IMG/VR virus record: IMGVR_UViG_3300024262_006558
Span: 1-64,000 of that record
Reading direction: 5' to 3' (one strand)
Length of the DNA stretch: 64,000 bases
This document shows positions 1 to 8,412 of this stretch, piece after piece (positions within the stretch are counted from its first letter, which is position 1; each line of letters starts with the position of its first letter). The position numbers and the translations under genes are program-made. The notes below the pieces were generated by a model that saw only the letters and a list, made by a program, of their open reading frames with translations, was not told where the DNA came from and did not search any database.

Positions 1-429
1 GGATTTCACAAAACAACCTGCCGCTGCTGCAGGTTGTTTTGTGTAATCCTGAGTACTCTGACTTGCTTGCGCAACTGGAGATGCTTCAGAATCATCTTTC
101 TTTCCACCAGGTAGGAATTGAAGGTCACGGATTTTTACTTTGACAGCAGTACGGCTGTTACCGTCTTTGTCATCGTATTTGTCCATTGCTAATGTTCCTT
201 GAACATAAACATTGCTACCCTTCTTAACGTATTGTTCGATTAGACCAGCAAGACCAGCCCAAGCTTCACAATTAAACCAGTGAGTGTTTTGAACTTTCTC
301 ACCTTGTTTGTTTTTGTACTCTTCATTTACAGCAATAGAAAACGTTGCTACTTTGCTGTTTCCAGCTTCTCTGATTACTGGGTCCTGTCCTACAGAACCT
401 CCTAGAGTTACTAAATTGATACCTCTCAT
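1..429 (-). CDS. ssb: Single-stranded DNA-binding protein (3'-partial, runs off window; not in ORF track)
   Basis: Manual translation from ATG at 429: MRGINLVTLGGSVGQDPVIREAGNSKVATFSIAVNEEYKNKQGEKVQNTHWFNCEAW...YVKKGSNVYVQGTL, the typical SSB OB-fold pattern; no stop before position 1. Confidence 0.93.
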   Translation of the reverse strand, partial: MRGINLVTLGGSVGQDPVIREAGNSKVATFSIAVNEEYKNKQGEKVQNTHWFNCEAWAGLAGLIEQYVKKGSNVYVQGTLAMDKYDDKDGNSRTAVKVKIRDLQFLPGGKKDDSEASPVAQASQSTQDYTKQPAAAAGCFVKS

Positions 430-499
430 TTTTCTTTTTTTTGTTTTACTTACTTTACTAAACTTATAGTTATCATATATAATATAATAATTATAGAGG

Positions 500-507
500 C
501 AAATATA
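500..507 (-). promoter_or_regulatory. Bacteroidota-type -7 promoter element TATATTTG upstream of ssb
   Basis: Matches TAnnTTTG; 70 nt upstream of ssb ATG; same motif recurs before other replication genes. Confidence 0.55.
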
Positions 508-532
508 AAGCGAATTTTTGGTTTTTTCAAGG

Positions 533-540
533 TATTTATA
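533..540 (+). promoter_or_regulatory. Putative late promoter motif TATTTATA
   Basis: 16 nt upstream of ATG 557; same octamer precedes many structural genes. Confidence 0.55.
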
Positions 541-556
541 TAAAAATCTTTTTTAT

Positions 557-3500
557 ATGAATTCGAAAGACAAGAGAGTACTACAAGAGGTACAAAAAAT
601 GCTTTTTTTAGCTGAGACTACCAGAAAAGGTGCTCAAGAAAAGTCTGTTTCAGAGAAGCCAGTTCAAGGCCCTTTTTCAGATTATAAGTCAAGTAGCGAA
701 AAGGACATTCTTCCTTTCCCTATGAAGTACGCTATGGTTAGCAGGGGAGGAGAGAGCTTTAAAGAAGATATGGCTTACGCTTTTCTTTCTTTAAAAGAAG
801 CAGGTAAAAGCACTGAAGAGGCTATTTCTATATTAGCTCCACAATTAAAAGGAGACCAAAACTTTAAAGGGTTTATTCAATCCTTAGAACAAGCGCAAGA
901 ACAATCTGGCATCAAAAGCCCAAATCAAGCCGCAGAACTTATTTTTCAAATCCCTGAGGAAATGAAACAATATGGAGACGCTGCTAAGAAAAGATATTTT
1001 GAACATGCTTTCGGTGATGAAAAAAGTATGATATCATACAACTGGTCTAATGGAAAGCTTTCACCTAGAGGATACTGGCAATTACAATACCTAGCTAGAT
1101 TAGCTTCAGGTAAACCATCTTCTCCAGAAGAAAATGCAATATTATCAAGTAGAAGATCTGACCTATATAAAAGGAGAGCTGAAGACACGTTAAGAAGCTT
1201 CTATAAAAAAGCTATTCTTCCTATAGCTATACCTCTTATGGGTAGAGATGCTAAAGACATTGAAATAGCTGATAGAGATATTGATTTCAAAATTTCTATT
1301 GAAGATGCTGTTGATAAAATGATCGATAACATTGGTCAGTACGATGCTAATAAAAACAACATTGGAGCATGGGCTTTAACTGTAATGAAAAATCAGTTGA
1401 AAGATACCCTTAAGAAATTTACCACTCAAAAGCTTAGGGCTGGAATAGATACTAAATCGGGCATCAGTATTTCTGACGCGTTTGAAAACAACAATTGGAT
1501 AGACTGGAGATCTACTTTAGATCCAGAGACTTCTATGGGAGAAAATGGTGGTATAGATCAAGATGGAATTGCTTCTGTTAAAGAGGTGGCTGAAGGTGTT
1601 TGGAACTATAAATTTAAGTCTCCATCAGAAGCATATATAGAATTTTCTGAAGCTGCAGAGGGTGAGGCAAACAATATATTCAATAAAGGAAATCTTGTAA
1701 AATCTGACATTCAAAAACTAAAAGACGTTGGAGCTTTCTTATCTGTTAAAAAAGATGTTGGCTTTGAAGACCCTGGATCATCTAAACAGCCAGATATAGC
1801 TGATGATTCTAATCAGGATGACAAAGAAAGCATGAGCGATGTAGACGCAAATGAATCTTATGAAGATGTGTTTGAAGAGCTATTATCTGCAGATGAAAAT
1901 CTTGGAGCGCAAATTAAAAATAAGCTTAGCGCTTATTTAAGTAAAAATGGAACAGAAGAAATCGGGAGAGCTATTTTTCACTTCATTCAAGACTTCGATT
2001 ACAAATTCTTTAAAAATAGAGATACGAAAATTAGTAGATCTGATTTTGAAAAAATTGTTTCTGCTGGTAGAGATAAATATGATAAAGATTGGAAAAATTT
2101 TCCAAAAGAAAAGTTTGGACAATCTTTAGGTAAAAAATATACAAATGACGAAGGGGATATCTATCCAGAGTTAGAGCCTTATGTTTTATCTAAGATGGTA
2201 AAAAGAGGTCAAGAAGGTGGCGGATCTGGAGCTGGTACAAAAATATCAAGAGAAGACTTCGAAGCTGATCAAAAAGAAAGAGGAGTTGATGCTCTTAAAA
2301 AAGATCAACTTGACGTTTTAGCTGGAGCTGCTGGTAAAGCGCTTAAAGATGGAGTTGGTAGAAACACTAAACTAGGAAAGACGATTGAAAAACTCTTCAA
2401 TTATGAAAGGGGAAATTTAGATGAAAATATGAATAAGAACTTAAATAGCGTTATTAAAGAAGCAATACAAGAAGTGCTGTCTGAAATGAAGCCAAAAACA
2501 GTTGAGCTAAAGGCTATGTCTAAAGTTAACATGTTAAGGCATATATTAGCTCCAAAGTTAGTAAAAGAAGGCTTTACTGCATCTTCAATAAAGGAAGACT
2601 TCAAAGTTAAAAGTGATGGCTCTTTTGCTGGAAACATAAAGAAAGAATATGAAGATGTTATTTTTGAAAATGTTGGTCTTAAAAAAGTTTATGATTTAAT
2701 AGTTCACAATTTAGGGTCTGCTCACGTTATATCTGAGGCTACTTCTGAAGAATGGTCTTCACACTATAAGGATAGATGGACTGGGGAGGGGGCAAAATGG
2801 CCACTAAGTCAAGAGGAAGTTCAGCAAGTAGAAAATGAAATATCACTTGCCGCTCAAGGCAAATCATCATTTGGAGACCTTTCTAAATGGATGAGAGAAT
2901 ATAATAATGGTAAAGGTTCTAAAAAAATTACATACGCTCTTAATAGAGCGGTAGAGGAATATCAAAAAACTGGTAACTCTAATTTTTATACTTACTTAAT
3001 TACTTTTTATTCAATAGACCCTACTATAAAAGATGGCTATGTTGGTGGTTTAAGAAAAAGGTATGGCTTAGAAACCGTAGATGATGACTCATTGGGTGAA
3101 ATTGTTGATAATGCTATTATGAACAAGATGGAATTAATGATTCAGAATTACAATCCTGCAGACAGTGGCGCTGGAGACTTCTTTTCTTATACATTCGCTC
3201 CAAGAGTTTCTAATATTCTAAGAGATGTACAGACTCAGATAGAAAAGAAGTATGATGAAGACTTAACTGGTGGAGCGTCTAGCAGTGATGATGATGAAAG
3301 ATCTAGCTTAAACAAGCAAGCAGTCGCTCAACATCAATCTGATTCTAGCACCACTTTTTCTGATCAAGCTGATGATTTAAAAAAAGGTGTTTATAACAAT
3401 CTTAAATCAACTGCTGGAGAAGCTGTGGCAAATGCTTATTATGATTACTTTATTAAAGGCGCACCTCAATGGACTGATTTAGTAGAAGATTCTGAAGATT

Positions 3501-4015
3501 GGGAAAGATATGGTATTAGAGGTAGAGGTAAAAACCAACTTGCTAATAAAGTGCTTATGCCTGGATTAGTAAAAAAAGGAATGAACGCTTCTGAAGTTAA
3601 AAAAGATTTCAGCGTAAACAAAGACACTGGAGCTCTAGCTGCAATTCCTAATGATAGAAAAATTGCATATGAAGCAGCAATAGCTGACGATAGAGTTCTT
3701 AAAAGAATCTACGACTTCATAGTTAACGATCAAGACTTAAACTTTAGGGATCCAAATACAGTGCCTTTGAGTTACATATGGAATAAAGGAGCTAATTCTC
3801 CTAATCCTTCTGAAAAAAGTCAGGGATTCATTGGAAACATAGAAGCCATTCTCTCAAAGAAATTCAAAGAGAAGTGGGAGCCAATTATCGCTAAAGTAGA
3901 TGCTAAATATCCAGGTATAGGAAAAGTGCTATTAAGCAATCCTTACAAAGGGCAAGCAACAAAGCCCGTCAGTCATAAAACTGATTGGAGAGCGGATATG
4001 GTTTTCGATAAATAA
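557..4015 (+). CDS. Large hypothetical protein with two sigma-70 region-2-like segments
   Basis: Long ORF; likely start ATG 557 (MNSKDKR). Segments NIGQYDANKNNIGAWALTVMKNQLKDTLKK and QNYNPADSGAGDFFSYTFAPRVSNILRD resemble sigma region 2.3-2.4. Confidence 0.6.
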   Translation: MNSKDKRVLQEVQKMLFLAETTRKGAQEKSVSEKPVQGPFSDYKSSSEKDILPFPMKYAMVSRGGESFKEDMAYAFLSLKEAGKSTEEAISILAPQLKGDQNFKGFIQSLEQAQEQSGIKSPNQAAELIFQIPEEMKQYGDAAKKRYFEHAFGDEKSMISYNWSNGKLSPRGYWQLQYLARLASGKPSSPEENAILSSRRSDLYKRRAEDTLRSFYKKAILPIAIPLMGRDAKDIEIADRDIDFKISIEDAVDKMIDNIGQYDANKNNIGAWALTVMKNQLKDTLKKFTTQKLRAGIDTKSGISISDAFENNNWIDWRSTLDPETSMGENGGIDQDGIASVKEVAEGVWNYKFKSPSEAYIEFSEAAEGEANNIFNKGNLVKSDIQKLKDVGAFLSVKKDVGFEDPGSSKQPDIADDSNQDDKESMSDVDANESYEDVFEELLSADENLGAQIKNKLSAYLSKNGTEEIGRAIFHFIQDFDYKFFKNRDTKISRSDFEKIVSAGRDKYDKDWKNFPKEKFGQSLGKKYTNDEGDIYPELEPYVLSKMVKRGQEGGGSGAGTKISREDFEADQKERGVDALKKDQLDVLAGAAGKALKDGVGRNTKLGKTIEKLFNYERGNLDENMNKNLNSVIKEAIQEVLSEMKPKTVELKAMSKVNMLRHILAPKLVKEGFTASSIKEDFKVKSDGSFAGNIKKEYEDVIFENVGLKKVYDLIVHNLGSAHVISEATSEEWSSHYKDRWTGEGAKWPLSQEEVQQVENEISLAAQGKSSFGDLSKWMREYNNGKGSKKITYALNRAVEEYQKTGNSNFYTYLITFYSIDPTIKDGYVGGLRKRYGLETVDDDSLGEIVDNAIMNKMELMIQNYNPADSGAGDFFSYTFAPRVSNILRDVQTQIEKKYDEDLTGGASSSDDDERSSLNKQAVAQHQSDSSTTFSDQADDLKKGVYNNLKSTAGEAVANAYYDYFIKGAPQWTDLVEDSEDWERYGIRGRGKNQLANKVLMPGLVKKGMNASEVKKDFSVNKDTGALAAIPNDRKIAYEAAIADDRVLKRIYDFIVNDQDLNFRDPNTVPLSYIWNKGANSPNPSEKSQGFIGNIEAILSKKFKEKWEPIIAKVDAKYPGIGKVLLSNPYKGQATKPVSHKTDWRADMVFDK

Positions 4016-4022
4016 TAAAAGT

Positions 4023-4052
4023 AAAAAAGACGGTTTAATCACCGTCTTTTTT
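4023..4052. terminator. Intrinsic terminator hairpin (A-tract and T-tract flanks)
   Basis: AAAAAAGACGGT-TTAATC-ACCGTCTTTTTT just after stop at 4015. Confidence 0.8.
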
Positions 4053-4095
4053 GTTTTACACTCAATTATATGAAAACATTCATCTATTTATTTAT

Positions 4096-4794
4096 ATGAA
4101 AACACTAGATAAAAATTGGTTTTCGGAGGGGTGGATAGACTTTGAGTACAAACAATATATATTGCTTGATTATCTAAAGCAATCAGAAAAGTTTTATCAA
4201 GAAAATAAAATATACCCCTTTTTATCAGATCTACTGGATAGATATAATGAACTTGTGGATTATAAAAATAATCTTAATTCAATAGAAGAGTCATTTCCAA
4301 AAAAGATCATTGGAATAAATCTAAAAAGCAAATCATTCATTTATAAAAGACGAACAAAAAGAGAAATGCCATCTCTTGATGTCATACAGGAAATTGTTGA
4401 TTTTTCTATTTCAGAAATGCAGAAAGTAATTAATAGAGGTAAAGATCTGTATAGAAAATTAGAAGATGGAATAGTTTTTCAATCTGTAGGAACAATTCCT
4501 AATAATAGAGAAGAAGGGTACATATTGGTTAGGTGTCAAAAGAAAGTACACGCTTATAGATATAGATTCTCTATGGTAGAGTCTAGAAACCATCTATCGG
4601 TATTTCCAGTTAGAACTTTCACATCCACCTTAACTAATACTCCAGGTAAAATAAAAGAAAGATTAAAAAGTAGATATCAGGATATATTAAATCCAGCCGT
4701 ATACTACGTGGACATAAATACAGATGCTCCCTTAGAAGAAACTCTTATGCCCATCATAAAGAGACGGTTCACTAAAGATTTTAGAGGACTCTAA
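4096..4794 (+). CDS. Hypothetical protein resembling a conserved Bacteroidota protein
   Basis: Likely start ATG 4096; N-terminus NWFSEGWIDFEYKQYILLDYL...IYPFLSDL recalled as similar to a Bacteroidota conserved hypothetical family (not searched). Confidence 0.6.
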   Translation: MKTLDKNWFSEGWIDFEYKQYILLDYLKQSEKFYQENKIYPFLSDLLDRYNELVDYKNNLNSIEESFPKKIIGINLKSKSFIYKRRTKREMPSLDVIQEIVDFSISEMQKVINRGKDLYRKLEDGIVFQSVGTIPNNREEGYILVRCQKKVHAYRYRFSMVESRNHLSVFPVRTFTSTLTNTPGKIKERLKSRYQDILNPAVYYVDINTDAPLEETLMPIIKRRFTKDFRGL

Positions 4795-5042
4795 AATTCA
4801 GCCTCCATTAAATCTTCATAATCTTTTTTTATGTTTTTGTAACGTTTGTAAAAATCTGTGTCAGCCTCATTGTCTTCCAAAGATTTTTCTACCATCTTAA
4901 AATAAGTTTCCATAGTTGAGATATATATCTGCGTACCTGACTCGCTTAAAACTTCTGGATATTTTTCTGAAAATTCAAGAAATAAAGTGCTGAAATCTCT
5001 TTTAACTTTATACCCTATCCAAAACCTCTTTCTTGTTTTCAT
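4791..5042 (-). CDS. Hypothetical protein
   Basis: 83-aa ORF in tightly packed minus-strand run. Confidence 0.6.
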   Translation of the reverse strand: MKTRKRFWIGYKVKRDFSTLFLEFSEKYPEVLSESGTQIYISTMETYFKMVEKSLEDNEADTDFYKRYKNIKKDYEDLMEAEF

Positions 5043-5050
5043 GTTTTTTA

Positions 5051-5515
5051 TTATTTATAAAACTCATCCAACCTATCTTTAGCCAACTTTTCGCTATTAG
5101 TTCTAATTAGTGAATGAATGTTCTTGTATTCATAAGAATCGCTATATAAAAAATCTTCACCATGCTCCCTAAAAAAATTTGGAGTAAATTTATAATAAGC
5201 TGTTGTTTTTTTAAATATGTCCTTATTCATAACCCACGCAGTAAACCCTATAACTTTCCTATACTTCATTAGATCTACCGCTGTAACCATAATAGTCTCA
5301 AAAGTTCTCTCAGACTTCTGTTGTCTATATCTTTTTTTAAAATCTAATTTCCACTCCCATAAAAATTTCCATGAAAGAATACCATGCCTCTGACTATAGA
5401 TACCCTCCTTTAATTTCTTATAATGTATAACCATTATATCTTCACCATTCCAGCAAAAATATATATTACCAATCCTTTTGTAACTATAAGGGTTTAGTGT
5501 TCTGTGCTTCTTCAT
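5051..5515 (-). CDS. Hypothetical protein
   Basis: 154-aa ORF overlapping upstream gene. Confidence 0.65.
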   Translation of the reverse strand: MKKHRTLNPYSYKRIGNIYFCWNGEDIMVIHYKKLKEGIYSQRHGILSWKFLWEWKLDFKKRYRQQKSERTFETIMVTAVDLMKYRKVIGFTAWVMNKDIFKKTTAYYKFTPNFFREHGEDFLYSDSYEYKNIHSLIRTNSEKLAKDRLDEFYK

Positions 5516-5669
5516 CGTCTTCTGAATTTTCGTAATTACCTAGCGCAATTAATTCTGAGATTATTTCCCTATTAATCTCCTGAGTCAAGCTGTCAACTAA
5601 CTCTGATACTAACTCATGTTCATAAGGGGGAACGTATTTATTATATGCAAAATAGAATCTTTTACGCAT
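5484..5669 (-). CDS. Hypothetical protein
   Basis: 61-aa ORF filling the gap between NUDIX and next gene. Confidence 0.55.
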   Translation of the reverse strand: MRKRFYFAYNKYVPPYEHELVSELVDSLTQEINREIISELIALGNYENSEDDEEAQNTKPL

Positions 5670-5677
5670 ACTAAAAC

Positions 5678-6160
5678 TTAAGCATTAGAACAGTAGTAAT
5701 CAATTATTCTTTTAATGACAATGGATTTATCCACAATAGCCTCTTTTAGACCTGGGATCATATTAGCTTCTGGTTGTGAACAGATCTCTTCAAGAGTAAA
5801 CCATCCATAATCTAAATGCTCCTGACTATGCTTATCATCTCCAGAAACATAAGGAACAAATTCTTCTTGAAATATTCCTACAAAAGTATAATACGTATTG
5901 TGATTTGTTGATTGAATATAGAGTGGTTTATCTGATATTGTGTAAGGCTTGCCGCACTTAGTTTCTTCATAAAACTCTCTCTTAGCCGTCACTTTAGGTT
6001 GATTATCCTCATCTTCATAAGTTCCTCCAAAAAGCCCCCAACAATTAGGGAAAGTATGTTGTGGTCCAAAACTCCTTCTTCCCAAAAGAATTCTTCCCGT
6101 TGATTTGGCTATAGGCAGTATGCCTGCGCCAACGTGTTGATTATCCACCATATTCATCAT
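5678..6160 (-). CDS. NUDIX hydrolase
   Basis: Nudix box GGTYEDEDNQPKVTAKREFYEET; EHLDYGWF C-terminal motif. Confidence 0.9.
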   Translation of the reverse strand: MMNMVDNQHVGAGILPIAKSTGRILLGRRSFGPQHTFPNCWGLFGGTYEDEDNQPKVTAKREFYEETKCGKPYTISDKPLYIQSTNHNTYYTFVGIFQEEFVPYVSGDDKHSQEHLDYGWFTLEEICSQPEANMIPGLKEAIVDKSIVIKRIIDYYCSNA

Positions 6161-6163
6161 GTA

Positions 6164-6171
6164 TATAAATA
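6164..6171 (-). promoter_or_regulatory. Putative late promoter motif TATTTATA
   Basis: Immediately upstream of NUDIX start. Confidence 0.45.
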
Positions 6172-6188
6172 TGGAATAATTATAGCAA

Positions 6189-6422
6189 TCAAAACCAAGC
6201 TTTATAGAAAAAGTCTCTTAGATCTTTTTTTAAAAGAGACGCTAAAACAAAAAATAAAGATGCCCACCCTACAATTGTTAACACTAAAAAATCTTGAATT
6301 GTTTGTGACCAATGCTTGCGACTAAGCTCTCCACCTTTTTTTACATACATAAAACTACTCACTTGTAAAAACGTCCAAGTAACAACTCCTACTCCGAAAT
6401 GTATTTTTGTATCTAGAGTCAT
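6189..6422 (-). CDS. Small membrane protein
   Basis: Two hydrophobic stretches; 4-nt overlap with upstream gene. Confidence 0.6.
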   Translation of the reverse strand: MTLDTKIHFGVGVVTWTFLQVSSFMYVKKGGELSRKHWSQTIQDFLVLTIVGWASLFFVLASLLKKDLRDFFYKAWF

Positions 6423-6916
6423 TTTTTCTTAATTATAGTATCAGCATAACAACATAGGTCCAGAGTCTTAACCTGAGTCATTAGATCACTTCTACCTTTT
6501 CTTGAGTACAACTTATACATAGCATCTCTTGCTGAGTCAGCAGTCTCCTTACTTGCGCACTTGTCTGAAACAAGTTGCTGCAAGCTTTCTTTCTTCACAA
6601 TTACCCAGTAATCGATAGTCTCAAAAGCAAAGTAATCAACCTCTGTAGCATAAGCCCATCCAACCTTTCCTTGTACATTCTTTATCTCAATCCAATGAAT
6701 GTTCTCATTTGGTTCCTGATCGCTTCTCTGGCTCTTCTTAAGACCTTTGACATCTATCTTCAACTCAGACACTATCTTTATGTCCCAGTGCTCTCTCATG
6801 TCCTGTGAAGGCGTTGCTTCATCTACTTTGGCCCCATTCTTTTCCAGCAACTGTATTAAATCAGCTTCCTTCACTTTCCCTTTCTTGAGAAATTCTTGTA
6901 TTGTATTCTGTATCAT
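6419..6916 (-). CDS. Putative PD-(D/E)xK-like nuclease
   Basis: D...HWDIK...IDVKG...WIEIKN...GW pattern of phage restriction-endonuclease-like proteins. Confidence 0.5.
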   Translation of the reverse strand: MIQNTIQEFLKKGKVKEADLIQLLEKNGAKVDEATPSQDMREHWDIKIVSELKIDVKGLKKSQRSDQEPNENIHWIEIKNVQGKVGWAYATEVDYFAFETIDYWVIVKKESLQQLVSDKCASKETADSARDAMYKLYSRKGRSDLMTQVKTLDLCCYADTIIKKK

Positions 6917-6925
6917 TTTTTTATA

Positions 6926-8407
6926 TTAAATATCATACATCATAAAGTATAGCGAGTGCTTACTTCTCGTTACAGCAACGTAATGTATTCTTTGAGCCTC
7001 TTGATCATCTGGATCATTCATAAGGAATGAAGCTCTCTCCAACTGCTTATTAGTCATGTTGTCATAAACATCATTATCCTGAAGAGTTTCTTCTGAAATT
7101 GAATTTACCACAATGCATGTATCATATTCTCTACCTTTACTTTTATGTATAGAAGTAAAATACTTTCTACTTCCCTCGTTTGCCTTTATAAATGAAATTA
7201 CATTAGCTTCAGCTCCACCGAAATACTTTTTAACTCGATCGAGCTTTGCCTTAGTTCTTGGGTTTTTATCCTTTTGATAAGCTTTCAGCTCAGATGGGGT
7301 AATGTAATTAAAATACTTGATTGGTATTTGTCTCTGTAGGAATTCTCTCTCCAATCTTCTGATTGTAGCATTTGTTCTAACCAAGCCAACAACCTCACCT
7401 TGCCCTTTAAACATATCGACCAAATCATCAAGAGTGAATATTATCCCATGATTCACATCTCCATGTTTATCGCTATTTGCTGTAGCTTCTAAATCAGTAT
7501 ATTTATTTGAATTTTCTACAATAGATTGATCGCTCCTAAAGTTTATTGTGAGGTTCATTCTCTCCACAGTCCTACGCTTTTCAAGCATAGCTTCTATCTT
7601 CTCACAATTAGCTCCAGAGTAGCCATATATACTTTGAGCCGCATCTCCAACTAAATAGTAATATTTAGCGTTTAGAGAAAGTAATGTTTCCATTTGAATA
7701 GCGCTTGTATCTTGGTACTCATCTACAAAAATGTAATCATAACTACCTTTGAATACTTTCAAGTATCTGTCTTCTCTAAATAGGTCACGTACTTCAATAA
7801 GCATATCAGAGAAATCTCTCGCCTTCTTTTCATAAAGGAATGACTTATATTCACTCCAGTATTTAGGAGCATGAGTTTTGACTCCTACAGCGTTTTGCAA
7901 TTTATAGGCCCCAATTTGAGATGAGTAATATTCACCTTCTGAATAAAGATCGTTAATCAACGCTTCAAACTCATGACTCTCCGAAGGGGTTGCGTACCTA
8001 CTTGGTCTATACTTACCTCTGTACCAATCGATAAATTCATAGAATGTTGCTACATTCTTGTATTTATTCAGCCTCCCTAACACGCTCATACAATAAGCAT
8101 GTATGGTGGTGATTTTAATATCATCATTACCAACACGCTTTTGTAATTCTTCTACAGCAGTCTTAGTAAAAGAAAAGAAGATAATCTTTTTGGGATCTAC
8201 ACCTCTCTTAAGCAACTCCTTCAATCTATGAACACATGAATGTGTCTTTCCTGAGCCAGCTGTTGCTTTAAGTAGTATAGAGTCTTCCCCATCATAGAAG
8301 ACATATTCCCCTTGTTCATCAGTAAGACCATGAGACTTCTTTTGTTCCACGGCTCCGAATAGGCTAATCTGATTTTCACTTGCTACTTCTTTTACTTTTT
8401 TTGCCAT
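6926..8407 (-). CDS. UvrD/Rep-family (SF1) helicase
   Basis: ATAGSGKT (I), FVDEYQDTS (II), VGDAAQSIYGY (III), NFRS (IV), SIHKSKGREY (V), YVAVTRSK (VI). Confidence 0.93.
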   Translation of the reverse strand: MAKKVKEVASENQISLFGAVEQKKSHGLTDEQGEYVFYDGEDSILLKATAGSGKTHSCVHRLKELLKRGVDPKKIIFFSFTKTAVEELQKRVGNDDIKITTIHAYCMSVLGRLNKYKNVATFYEFIDWYRGKYRPSRYATPSESHEFEALINDLYSEGEYYSSQIGAYKLQNAVGVKTHAPKYWSEYKSFLYEKKARDFSDMLIEVRDLFREDRYLKVFKGSYDYIFVDEYQDTSAIQMETLLSLNAKYYYLVGDAAQSIYGYSGANCEKIEAMLEKRRTVERMNLTINFRSDQSIVENSNKYTDLEATANSDKHGDVNHGIIFTLDDLVDMFKGQGEVVGLVRTNATIRRLEREFLQRQIPIKYFNYITPSELKAYQKDKNPRTKAKLDRVKKYFGGAEANVISFIKANEGSRKYFTSIHKSKGREYDTCIVVNSISEETLQDNDVYDNMTNKQLERASFLMNDPDDQEAQRIHYVAVTRSKHSLYFMMYDI

Positions 8408-8412
8408 CTAAT

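Noticed and set aside
518-556. Upstream near-cognate starts given by the ORF track (518, 4051, 20527, 44127, 52535, 63985)
   Set aside because: Homology and promoter spacing favour ATGs at 557, 4096, 20419, 44154 and 52469; the last gene continues beyond the window.
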